A stretch of DNA of 63,225 nt, filler included, from Octopus bimaculoides (GCF_001194135.2; 8 parts of 7 records of this genome joined end to end with filler, not necessarily neighbours in it); one strand, 5' to 3'; shown: positions 39,396 to 52,500, counted from the whole stretch's first letter. The notes: generated from the letters alone by a model not told the origin. Translations and numbers: made by a program.

Positions 39396-40800
39396 NNNNN
39401 NNNNNNNNNNNNNNNNNNNNNNNNNNNNNNNNNNNNNNNNNNNNNNNNNNNNNNNNNNNNNNNNNNNNNNNNNNNNNNNNNNNNNNNNNNNNNNNNNNNN
39501 NNNNNNNNNNNNNNNNNNNNNNNNNNNNNNNNNNNNNNNNNNNNNNNNNNNNNNNNNNNNNNNNNNNNNNNNNNNNNNNNNNNNNNNNNNNNNNNNNNNN
39601 NNNNNNNNNNNNNNNNNNNNNNNNNNNNNNNNNNNNNNNNNNNNNNNNNNNNNNNNNNNNNNNNNNNNNNNNNNNNNNNNNNNNNNNNNNNNNNNNNNNN
39701 NNNNNNNNNNNNNNNNNNNNNNNNNNNNNNNNNNNNNNNNNNNNNNNNNNNNNNNNNNNNNNNNNNNNNNNNNNNNNNNNNNNNNNNNNNNNNNNNNNNN
39801 NNNNNNNNNNNNNNNNNNNNNNNNNNNNNNNNNNNNNNNNNNNNNNNNNNNNNNNNNNNNNNNNNNNNNNNNNNNNNNNNNNNNNNNNNNNNNNNNNNNN
39901 NNNNNNNNNNNNNNNNNNNNNNNNNNNNNNNNNNNNNNNNNNNNNNNNNNNNNNNNNNNNNNNNNNNNNNNNNNNNNNNNNNNNNNNNNNNNNNNNNNNN
40001 NNNNNNNNNNNNNNNNNNNNNNNNNNNNNNNNNNNNNNNNNNNNNNNNNNNNNNNNNNNNNNNNNNNNNNNNNNNNNNNNNNNNNNNNNNNNNNNNNNNN
40101 NNNNNNNNNNNNNNNNNNNNNNNNNNNNNNNNNNNNNNNNNNNNNNNNNNNNNNNNNNNNNNNNNNNNNNNNNNNNNNNNNNNNNNNNNNNNNNNNNNNN
40201 NNNNNNNNACATTACATATAGGTTTCCATGGTTCCTGTAGAGATGGTAGTGGTGGCAGTGTCATAAGCTCTACACACGCGCGCGCACGTGTGTATGTGAG
40301 TGTGTGTATTTGTGTGTATGTGTGTGTATTTGTGTGTGTGAAATTCGATGACTACTGTGTACATGTGTACATTTGTGAGTGTGTGTGTGTGTATAATACA
40401 TAGCAATGTGCGTGTGAATATAGATGTATCGACGTAATCTCTAATTTCAGTGTTTATCATCTACGTAATTATTTGCGTGTGTGTGTGTGTGTGTGCGTGT
40501 GAACGTATTTGAAGGTGAGTGTGTGTATGTATATGTACATATGTGTGTGTAAGATTGCACGTGCATGTGTGTATGTAAACAGGAAAGTCTATAGATATAT
40601 GTCTTTAACTACACATGTGTATCTACGTATATATATCCATGCTCCGTAAACTTCATATGAGCGCGAGTTCACACACACACACACACACACACACATAAAC
40701 ACACTCGCTCAAACACGCACAGGCACTTGCACATAGATACACAAACATGCTTATGCCTCTGTCTTTGTGTGTGTACATACCTATGTATCAGTATATGTAT

Positions 40801-40849
<49 letters not shown>

Positions 40850-41063
40850 TGTTCATTAACATGTGCACCTGTGAGTATGTGTATGCATGTGTCGATGTAT
40901 ATTCATAATGGAATATAATGCGTACACACGTGTATGTTCGCAGATGACAAGATATTTGTATGTACGCATGAATGAATGAATGTATTCATGTGTGCATAGA
41001 TGTATGTGTATATGTATATATATGTATGTGTGCGTCTGTGTGGTGTGTTAGATAGATAGATAT

Positions 41064-41115
<52 letters not shown>

Positions 41116-41157
41116 NNNNNNNNNNTATATATGTATGTGTGCGTCTGTGTGGTGTGT

Positions 41158-41222
<65 letters not shown>

Positions 41223-41250
41223 CGATAGATAGATATATATATATATATAT

Positions 41251-41290
<40 letters not shown>

Positions 41291-41506
41291 GCAGATAGAT
41301 AGACAGACACACATAAACACACATACATACATACATGCACATGCGCGTGCTCTTTATGAGACACTCGTCAAAAAAAGTGCTCAACTAGAAATTCAAATAA
41401 AGAAAATCAGAGTTATGACCGTGGCTATGTATAATGTAAAACGGAAATTGAATTACCTCTCACCACATTCACGCACATACAATCAGATACACACACAAAC
41501 TCACAT

Positions 41507-41573
<67 letters not shown>

Positions 41574-42338
41574 TTCTCTCCCCCTCTCTCTCACCTACAC
41601 CCACACGCACATATACACGCATACACACATATACACACAGAACGATATGCTCGTAGGTGCAACCATACAAACACACACACACGATATATTGTCATGGTCA
41701 ACCTTCAAATTTTTCCATGCGAGGAATTTATATATATGTGTGTGTGTTTGTATTATGTATGTATCTATGTATGTATGAATGCACTCACACACATATACAC
41801 ACACATATGTAAGCATATATATATTGTTGTGTGCGTGTGCGTGGATATATTTAGAAATTATAACATTGACCACACTCACGCCATGCTTCACTCACGCTTC
41901 ACTCACGCTTCACTCACGCTTCACTCACATTTCACTCACACTTCCGTACAAGTGTGTGATCAGGTAATGTTTATACGAGAATAAACAACATAGAAATATA
42001 TATTTAACACACATACACAAACACATACGTGCATGTGTATATAACACACATGCATTCATTCATTCGTCCATTCATACATACGTCCAACCAGCCATACATA
42101 CATACATATATACATACATACATGCACACATGTCTACAAATGCACGTTCAGTCACACGCATACAAACACACACACGTGCGTGCGTGTGTGTGTGTGTGTG
42201 TGCATGCATGTGTGTGCGAGTGATTATGAAAATATGCGTGTCTGTTGCTCGTCATTATTTGTGTCTATTTCTATATTTTTAACGTCAAAATATAGTTTTA
42301 ATTTATGTGTGTATGTGTGTGTGTATGCATACGCGCGC

Positions 42339-42377
<39 letters not shown>

Positions 42378-42444
42378 ACTATACGCCATGAATTGCATTT
42401 ACAATGCAGTTTACTATGTATCTATGTCTCTATCTACACACACA

Positions 42445-42491
<47 letters not shown>

Positions 42492-42591
42492 NNNNNNNNN
42501 NNNNNNNNNNNNNNNNNNNNNNNNNNNNNNNNNNNTTAATTAATTAANNNNNNNNNNNNNNNNNNNNNNNNNNNNNNNNNNNNNNNNNNNN

Positions 42592-42622
<31 letters not shown>

Positions 42623-44279
42623 GCATACATATATACATACGTATCTATATATACATACATATTATTACCACTGTATTATATTGCGTCTTGAATGTAGCAT
42701 ATTGTGCAGCATACATGACACATTCTAGATTAACGCACAACATCCACGGATTGCATAGAATATTTTTAATGTCAACAAATATGCAACCTGAATAGAAGAA
42801 AAATAATTAAGTCTGAATATCTTTACATCTTTATCCTTCCTGTTCTCCCTCCCTTATTGTGAGTGTGACATGACGTGCCATTTATATTCTTCTCTACATA
42901 GAATATTTTCTCTATTGCGATTCTGCTTTATAAGAACATATTGAATACACTGCAAGATGTTTTCCGAAAGTTGTACTTCGCAGTTAGTACTTAGTTCAAT
43001 GCTTTCTTATTTTTTTCTTTTCGTCAGTCATTTGACGTTACATCTCTGAAAATACTTGTTACATATATCACCAACTGAATGACAGAGAAGAAAATTGTGT
43101 AGACTTTGCAATTTTGACAAACATTCAATTTTCTTTGTCATTTCAAAATATCTGAATCAGCTTTTGTCTTCTGCGTTACTGTAAATTTTCCAAAAACTTC
43201 TTCAGATTACTAATTTGGTGAAAACATCTCGTATCATTACCCACCATCCCGCTCATTATTCAGATATTTGCTTTACAGCTCCATATTTTGATTATCGTCC
43301 TAATTTGATTATCAGTTTCAAGCAAGAATATCTTTTTAAATATGGTTCGGATATATTTGACCTGTAAAATGACTATTTTCACTGCTGTAAAAAAGTATAA
43401 AACACCAAAGTCATTTTGTAGCATCACCAACCAATGGACTCATATGCGTTTCAAGGTACTTATGATCCAAGCAGTATTGATAACAAAGCGAGACAACTAG
43501 AAAATGACTGGGAAATATTGTATCTAATACTGATGAGAGCGTAAGTAGCTTGAGATGTATATATCAGTGCATAAAGGTCGCTACGAAATGACTACGAAGT
43601 TGCATGTAGAGGGTTTGTTGGACACAGTGTGAGACGTCTGCAGTTATCGTTAGGCCTAACTAATCGTAAGGTAAATACCACCATGACCGATAGCCAAACT
43701 ACAGTGGAGAAGGCTAGCCACTGGATTTGGTTAAAAAGAGACGATGAGCGATGGCTAGAGAAATATTAAGCTTTGTTTTTAATAACCAGTTGATCTAGCA
43801 AGCGGGGCCATCATATCAGTGAGGGGGGCCGGCGCGCATTGATGCCGTCGAGAGGTAGGCCCCGAAACGGCGCGCATTCTCTCCTGATGACCCCATACAC
43901 TTATGGGGAGTTCTCGACTGGTAGCACTTGCATGTGCGAGTTGTTTGCAAGACATGTCTTCCAAGGCAAACTGCATTGAGAATGGTTTTTTTGTAGGTCA
44001 AATGGTATTTAAGCTGATCGAAAAGTGTGTTTATTTCACATCATTCATTCGTGTATATTGCACTGATCTTTATTTATTTCTTAATATGCCTTCAATGGGT
44101 GCAAAACGTGCTATCTTTGTCATATCCTTTTTTGTAAGATTTTGAGCAAGCAATCCTTTAAATTTCAAGTTATTTGACTTTGCATTCTACAAGCATTTTA
44201 TGTGAAGATTCTAAATTGTCAAGACTTCTATAACAGAACTGTCTTCTTTCAATTTACTTAAAAGTTTCTGCGTGTATAA

Positions 44280-44405
44280 GGCGGTCGACTTTTCCTTTTA
44301 TCCTTTTGGGGTCGATAAATTTAGTACCAGTTGTGCACTGGGGTCGATCTAATCGACTGGTCCCCGTCCCCCAAAATTTCGGGCCTTGTTCCTTGAGTAG
44401 AAAAG
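44280..44405 (+). mobile_element. SINE family B, 3' half
   Basis: Core and GGCCTTGTTCCTTGAGTAGAAAAG tail. Confidence 0.85.
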
Positions 44406-47400
44406 AATGAGTGGTTGAAAACTCACTATTTTCATTCTCAAATATTAATAAAAATAACAGTGGTTGGTTTGGTTAGTGATAGAACGAAGAAATTTCAAAG
44501 CAGGAAATATGTATAATAGTCAGACTATGTTAGGAAGTAATGACAACCAGTTAAGTTTACTTAAGGAGAGGAATTTCCTGCAGTGGGCTTTGGCTGAGCA
44601 GCTAATATCGATCGCACTAGATACAGTACAGGCAATTGGGGCAGTTGGATTTTTAAGTAACTGGGCAGCTATTCGCAACGTGAGCGAATGTTTTATTCTT
44701 GTTTTCCTATATCAGAGACGGTGAATTCTCATCTGGGAATGTGGTTGACAGAGAGCATACACCTCTGAAGAAACCTAAAGGTCGAAATTCATCTGGCGCT
44801 CTCGTTGGCTGCTGCTGGGATGAATTGAATTACTTTTCTCTTTTTCTCCAATATTAATTATACTTTTTACTAAAGTCAGAAGAAATGTTATTTCATCAAG
44901 AAAAATACTGCAGTGGCTGACCAATCGACAGTGTTGATAACTTAAGTACGATACGAAGATAGCTATTTTAAATTTTACAATCTTTTCAAAATTAGTATAT
45001 ATTCTTCCTGCTCTTTGATAATGTATGCGGACATAATTGGTCCAATTAATAATCTTTTCCGAAGCATTTTCAATCAATTCACGAATATATTATTACCGTT
45101 TTCGATACACCTGAGTCCTCCAGACATTATGTAAATGTTGTTGCGAACGTTGAATACAATATATTTGTAAGAGAGACCACTTACTTCAGTTTCCTTTTCA
45201 TAAATAGAGCCTATAACTGCAGTCTTATCTGACTGCAACGTCATTCCAGATAAAGGACAGTACTCACAGAAAATGGTTTTATTGAGTTATAATTATATCC
45301 ATCTGTTACGGTTCCACAATACGCCTTCTCATTTTCCAGGACAGGATTAACTGAATCAAAGGAAAGCAGAGAATTAATAACTGTTTTCGTAATTTTGTTG
45401 GAGTGCTAGAAAACTTCATTGCATCTCAAGAATCATAGAAATTCTCTTAAACAAGACAGAGACCAGCTCGTGACTATGAAGCTACTGTAATGTTTATCAG
45501 CTTCATATTTGATACCTGGTTTAACAAGAAAATCTAAGTTTCATAGACGAGTCTCTTCTAGGACGGATTGCTTGGGTTTACCTGAATTTCCGGATCATTA
45601 AAACGATTTTCCGACCAATATAGCTGGGTTGAGACTCCTCTGTGAAGGGCTCATACAGCGTTAATTCTAAATGAATACACTTGTGTGATGAATAACAAGA
45701 TGCTCCAAATACATAATAGCTAATAGCTATAATGTATGAATATAGATGGTTTGAGATTAAAACGTCTTCAGTATAGTATGGACACCCGATGCTTGAATAT
45801 AAATAAAGAGTTCTCGACTGATTGTCTGATATTTATCGAGTCAGCATTACTTTTGTATGAAAAGAGTATCACAACCTTTACATCATATAAAGTGTTTTGA
45901 TACTAATTTCACATGACGACAACAGACAATTCATTTACCATTAATGAATTAAAATTAGCAGCTGTAACAAAGCAAGATTATAAAAAAAAAGGAAAACACG
46001 ATCTCGCATTGATTACTTTGAGGAAGTAGACTTCAAATAGATTGAAAAGCCGATAAGTATTCTAAAACTATCTATAATTTAGAAAAGTGTTGGAGCTGTA
46101 GAAGTAGTAAAAAATAAGATGAATTTTCTAACAACATTTAGTGCCGTTTATTTACCTGCTGATTAATGATATGTCTGCTCAAATTCTTATATTTCTGGAG
46201 ATGACAATCCAGGTAAGCAAATGTGGTGTGGAAAATTCAAGTGATTGTAAAGTTTCTATTCAGATTTACTGATTTATGCCGATGTCACGAGACAAAATAT
46301 AGCCTTAAAAAAAAAAAAAAAAATAGATTGCTTCTTTTTCATTTTTTTTTCAGAAACTAAAACTTATCAATGTGTTATTGTTGTTGTCAACCCTGATCGA
46401 GTTTGCTTATTAGCACAGATATAACTGCTGATTCTATTTCTTCTTCCTATTCTCAAACATATTGGGAATAAAACTCTAAAAACTATGTGTCTGGAGAATA
46501 ATTCTACAGAGATTTAGCTGATACCCTTTGTCGATACCCTCTTACTCGTTCTTTATTAGCTTTTAATTAAAAAAAATATTCAATATTTTCCCATAAGTGT
46601 TGCGAGATTGCATTAAGAAAATAAGAACGAAAACACAGATCTTTAATATGTTGCTTTGTCTAATAAAAATAGACGTCTTTTTTTCTACACAAATTTGTTA
46701 TTTTTCGAAACAAAACAAAGTGTTTCCTTTTCTTGTCTGTACTAAGAGTTCGATAATTTGGTTTATTGTCACGATCTTATGTGTAGTCAGTTGTATGTCA
46801 GTAGCGCTTCCAACGTCCTATAGTGATTGATAACACTTTGAAAGAAAGAATGGTTGCCGAACACGTGTCTTTAACTTTAACGACTATTTTCACTAGAGCC
46901 AAATATAACAGAGTATTCTTGTAAAATAACAAAACCCTGAGTGAATAGATACAACCTGCTACGAACTAAAGATAAGGCCAAAAATTTTGTCTTTTATATT
47001 TTCTTTCATGTATTCTATCATATTTCTTCCTCAACTCACATAGTCTTACATAAAAGAAGTAAAAACAGTAAAATAAAATTTGCACGTCTCTTAAAGCAGT
47101 AACTTTTTACTTTTTCCTTAACGCGGGTGTTCAATAGTTCGGGAAAAAAAAAAAAAAACTAACAATAATAGAGAAAATCTATAAAGCTCAAGTTATTCTT
47201 GAGCAGAAAAAACAAAATTGAAATTGGAATTATAAACGACACAAAGGAACACCGAAGAGAATTGACATTTGGAAAAGGCAACAATAAGTCTAAAGTTTGA
47301 AAAAGAGAAAACATAATATGATTCAGATTGAACAACATATCAACATAAAAAGTTAAAAGTTAGAAAATAAAAGAGCAGAGAAGAGAGAGAGGAGGGAGAA

Positions 47401-48874
47401 GGGGCAGTGAGGAGCATATGGAGACAAAAACTCTTTGTTTCCAAAGCGATCGGAATGAACAGCAGTGCATGTTTGGCCAATCGTTATCACTGACAGAGCA
47501 TGTCGTCTGTACGTTCACTAACAGTTAGCATATCGAAGAATGGCAAAGCAATTCTGACTATATTTAAACACGTTATTATGTACTTACCTGTAGTTGTGTT
47601 ACATGCACAAGTCTTTGTCAATAAAGACATTTAACTAATAAAAGCGGAACAGATTTCTGTTATGAACAACACTATCTATAGTGAAAGGATTCAAACTGTT
47701 AAGTATTGCAGATAATGGCAGAAAGTTCCATCGCTTATCAAATGTCATATAGTTTCTATTCAATACACCCGTCGCCCATCACCCCTCCGTCCAACGTTTC
47801 ATTGCAATCGGTGGCGAATCGTTAGTGTCTGTGGACAGTGAGCCGGAGGAATATCTTGCGACATATGTTCCGTTAAGTGTTCAAATTCCACCAAGGCTAA
47901 AAGTGATCTCCAGGCTTCCAAGGTTAAAAGTGATCTCCAGGCTTCCAAAATTATCTTTGGTGTCATGGTGTCGAAAACGTTAGTGTGCCGGGAAGGAAAC
48001 CAAGTGATATTTATTCCGGGATTTTAAGTCGTTCTGATTTGAAATCTTACCATAGCCTACGTGGTTGGTAGACTTACTCCATTAACCAATTTAACACCAA
48101 GGATTGATTCTTCTTGGAATCATTCATATCAGAGGTCACTCCTTTCGCAACTACTGGTTCTGTCTCTATTATGAGGACATCTCTCGGACTAACCTCAAAG
48201 GCATTACTCTTCCCTCCTGACTAGAAAATCAAAAAACTTCCACTTGAACATTTTTTCCTGGCGATTAACATTCACTATTTTCATATATGCTAATATTCAT
48301 ACACACACACAAACATATATACACGCGTACATATGCATACATATATATATGTTCATACATGCATTTACATCTACAAACACATACATGCATACACACACGC
48401 ACGTGCCTTTACACACACGACTGTCTTTAAGAAACAAAAACAGAACGCTTTGAGAATATTGTCATTGATAAGAGGAAGAAAATATTTACATTTTTCTCAA
48501 AATATGTTACCGATTTCAATCGCTTAAAAAGACGATTTAGTCATGCTGAAATAAAAGCTAAGATAAATTGAAATAAATTAAATTTTATGAATCTGTCTTG
48601 ATATCATTTCTGGAAGTTCACATGTTTTCGAAGCTGCTTTTCGTTATTAATTTGAATGAGTTTATCTTTTGGAGTAAAATAAAGGAAAGAGTGCCAGCCT
48701 CTTTCATGATGCGGATATATTCTTGTTTACTTTATTATAAAATTCAATAATGCGTCTCGTACTTTTCTTGTTGTCCTTCAAGTAAAACAAAAACATTTTC
48801 TGTTGGTTTTAATACTATTTCTCCCTTCACTCTCTCTCAAAGGCATCCCAGACTGGCGGTCTAAACGACTCAAA

Positions 48875-49140
48875 GAGTTCTATATTTAAGAGAAGAGGAA
48901 TTATGTACATTATTTACATTTGACAGATATCTGTCCTCATCTTGTTTGTTGTTAACACAACGTTTCGGCTGATGTACTCTCCAGCCTTGATCAGGTGTCC
49001 TGGGGAATTTCGAACCTGAGTTCTCATTCCTAAGGTATTTTTCGATGTTATTATTACTATTATTATTCAGGTCACTGCTTGGAATCGAACTCGGAATCTT
49101 GGGGTTAGTAGCACGCGCTCTTAACCACTACGCCATATGC
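48875..49140 (-). mobile_element. tRNA-derived SINE family H (hammerhead tail), left copy
   Basis: Reverse complement of 49177-49409. Confidence 0.85.
48954..48999 (-). ncRNA. Hammerhead-like motif (core CUGAUCA variant)
   Basis: GACAC CUGAUCA A GGCUG gagaguacau CAGCC GAAAC GUU GUGUU. Confidence 0.55.
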
Positions 49141-49176
49141 ACACGCGCTCTCAACCACTACGCCATATGCTAACGG

Positions 49177-49411
49177 GCATATGGCGTAGTGGTTAAGAGC
49201 GCGTGCTACTAACCCCAAGATTCCGAGTTCGATTCCAAGCAGTGACCTGAAAAAAAATGATAATACCATTGAAAAATACCCTAGGAATGAGAACCCAGGT
49301 TCGAAATTTCCCCCAAGACACCTGATGAATGCTGGAGGCTATATCAGCCGAAACGTTGTGTTAATAACAAACAAGAGGAGGACAGATATCCGTCAAATGT
49401 AAATAATGTGA
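49177..49411 (+). mobile_element. tRNA-derived SINE family H, right copy
   Basis: Head GCATATGGCGTAGTGGTTAAGAGC...GAGTTCGATTCC (A and B boxes; no acceptor stem, so not a tRNA gene). Confidence 0.85.
49317..49362 (+). ncRNA. Hammerhead-like motif (intact core)
   Basis: GACAC CUGAUGA A UGCUG gaggcuauau CAGCC GAAAC GUU GUGUU. Confidence 0.6.
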
Positions 49412-50498
49412 ACGACGTATGTCTCGCAGTGTAAATTAATGTAATTAATTAGTAAGAATATATTTAATCAAGCACTCTGTGACTTCTCGCAGTATTACAT
49501 GCTTCTGAAAATTGTAATTAAGCTACATATAAATAAAATAATTTTTCTGTTTAACTCATAAAATATGTAAGGAAATCCATTCATTATTTCGGTAGTTCTG
49601 TAACTTCATTTTCTATTTGTGATGTTTATGTGAATTTCACTGCGTCGTACGTCACAAATCGATTTGTCCTTAGTTGCTTTAGAATGTAAGAAGTGGAATT
49701 AATTGCTGTGTCATAGAAATATTCTATTAATAATAATTTTCCAGACAGGAAAATTTGTAAAGACCAAATTTTACATAACTTCTATATCATTTGTGTTTGC
49801 GTAATTTGACTCATCTTTTCATAACCTAATTTTTCTGCAGATAATTTTGATATGAAGACAATATAAAATTTGAATATGAAACTGAAAGTTTTCCTGCAAT
49901 ATTTTCAGTTTCCTTTAATGAAACGTGAAAGAACTAATTGTTTTAAATTCTAGACAGATTTTCCTAGCTTTCTAAATTTGAAAATGAACTAAAACTACTA
50001 GCAGCTATTGTAGATTTGAAACAAATAAATTTACATTATCTTTTCTAATTTCACCTTCAGCAAATTTAACATTTTAAACAATTAGTGAAATCTACTAAAA
50101 AGATTTCCGATGGTGATTTACAAACTTTGAGATATTCATTTCAATTAACCATCCAATGTGTTTAATAGATGAAACTGCATTTTATTATTAACTAGCTGAC
50201 CACGTGCTGTCAAAAATAACGGCAAATTGTAGTATTTTATATATAAATAAGGTACAAAATAATCAGATACAAACATTCACATACTTCCCTTGTACATGGA
50301 CACACATATACTCAGAGTTGAACGTTCACCATTCCATTTCCATGGCGCGTGCACACACACACATACCTTCCTTTTACATATACACACATATATTCACACA
50401 GTTGAATCGCTGATTATTTTTCACACCTTCACAGGGTTACAGTGTAGGTAAATAGACAGTACTTACACTAAAGCGGTTGACGTAAATATTTGCCGAAC

Positions 50499-51061
50499 GG
50501 GATCTTTTTTAAAACGGGGGCCACATTTTTCATTAATGTTTTACGTAGTGTTTTTGGTACCGAAAGACTTTCAAACTTCGAATACTTATCTATTTTGTGT
50601 TATAGAACAGAAAAATATTTTTGTATTCGAATTTATTTCATGTAAAAAATTGTCTTATTTCGATAATTTCAACCAATCACTGACAAGTATTCAGTTGTTT
50701 AGATTTACTCCTTTGGCTGATTAAGCGATGTAAAGCGTATTTAATCTCCATACCTTCGTTTTATTTGCTTTTTTCATTTTAAATTTGCTTTAACCCTAAC
50801 CCTAACCGTAGGGTTAGGGTTAATTGTTTCAGAATCGTTTGTTTATGTAGTCGGCACTTAATGTATATCGGCTGAATGGACGTCAGTGATTGGTTGAAAT
50901 TACAGAAATACGACAACTTTAACATGGAATAATTTATGGATTTCTTTTCTTTTTAAGAAGACTAAGAGAAAAAGATGTTTTATATGACACATTCTACCAG
51001 TGTTCCAAGTTTCAAAGTATTTCGTTAATGAAAAATGTGGCCCCCGTTTTAAAAAAGATCC
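50499..51061. mobile_element. MITE with about 38-bp TIRs, GCCGAAC target duplication and telomere-repeat palindrome core
   Basis: GGATCTTTTTTAAAACGGGGGCCACATTTTTCATTAA and its inverse; GCCGAAC on both flanks. Confidence 0.85.
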
Positions 51062-51829
51062 GCCGAACCTTATCTCTCACTGAGTGCTGACCTCAATCGG
51101 CGTGATTACCGTTGCCGTGCGCAGGCAACCGAATGAATCACCGTCGAGATGATTACCGTCAGCCGAGATGATTACCGTCAATGCAACGTTGTTATGGGGT
51201 TAAATTAAGGAGATTAGGCGAACGTAGGAAAACGTTACCATCAATAAAATGTGCCTAAAAATACACTTTCCTAACAAGTGACTTCTTCCTCAATTAAACT
51301 GTGCAGCACTTAAGGAAGTCTTTTATAGTAGCCTCGAGTTGCCTAATTTTAGTAAATAAAATTTGTCAGACAGAAACCATAAATGTATGTGTGTATACAT
51401 ATGTACGTACACACACAAATATACGTATATATAATGTGTAATATCGATGTAAGTATATTATATATACCTACACACAGAGTATAATATAAGAAGTAGGTAA
51501 CTGAAAAGGAAAATGGTGGTGAATGGTACGTGGGAGTTGGGCCTGATGGGGAAGTTGCTAAGCTGGTGTGTTTTTATTGTTGCACTGATGTACCATGATA
51601 TTGCATGATTGATGGATGCAGTTTGGGAGTTAGCGGTTTCTGTTCTTTTTGGCCGGTCGTAATAAGGGTCGTAATAAGGGAGACTATCAGGTATATGGCA
51701 TGCGGTGTATGTGAGTGAGCACGTTTGCTGTTCTGTTCTGAACTTGTGTTTTTTGGGGGTTGTATTTGACTGGAGTTTGGTGTGTTTTGTGGAAAGAATT
51801 TAGATGATGTTTTTCCACAAAATATTTGT

Positions 51830-52353
51830 AGTGGCTTCATGCACATATATATATACATACATACATATATATATATATACATACATACATATACATACAT
51901 ATATATGTATATATATACATATATATATGTATATATATATATATATATATATAGATAATAATAAATGGAGCAAAACGCATATATATGTATATAACTATTT
52001 ATATATATGTATATATATAGACATGTATATATAGATATACACACATATGTATGTATGTATATATATTTTCGTATACACACATATACATGTATGTATATAT
52101 ATATATATATATATATATTTTCGTATACACACATATACATATATATATATATATATATATTTTCGTATACACACATATACATATATATANNNNNNNNNNN
52201 NNNNNNNNNNNNNNNNNNNNNNNNNNNNNNNNNNNNNNNNNNNNNNNNNNNNNNNNNNNNNNNNNNNNNNNNNNNNNNNNNNNNNNNNNNNNNNNNNNNN
52301 NNNNNNNNNNNNNNNNNNNNNNNNNNNNNNNNNNNNNNNNNNNNNNNNNNNNN

Positions 52354-52397
<44 letters not shown>

Positions 52398-52444
52398 CGT
52401 ATACACACATATGCATATATATATATATATTTTCGTATACATAC

Positions 52445-52479
<35 letters not shown>

Positions 52480-52500
52480 TTTTCGTATACACACATATAT
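51830..52500. repeat. (TA)n with TTTTCGTATACACACATAT minisatellite
   Basis: Unit recurs at least five times around a gap. Confidence 0.85.

Noticed and set aside
41016-41200. Biological tandem duplication around 10-N gaps (also near 36930-37010)
   Set aside because: Overlapping contig ends flanking a gap are a typical assembly artefact
41870-41945. CRISPR-like array (CACGCTTCACT repeats)
   Set aside because: 11-bp tandem minisatellite with no spacers, in a eukaryotic context
43855-43910. Type-II hammerhead (GAAA...CTGATGA)
   Set aside because: Stem II strands (CCCC and CCCC) cannot pair, and no stem I hairpin exists
46130-46280. Fossil LINE RT (LLINDM...IF.GDD)
   Set aside because: Needs frameshifts and is too short to support a call
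49177-49250. tRNA gene
   Set aside because: A/B boxes are present but there is no acceptor stem, and it continues into a repeat tail; it is a SINE head
51500-51845. Coding exon in the 51574-52452 ORF
   Set aside because: The ORF is mostly microsatellite; the unique part has A/C-skewed LINE-like composition but no recognisable motif
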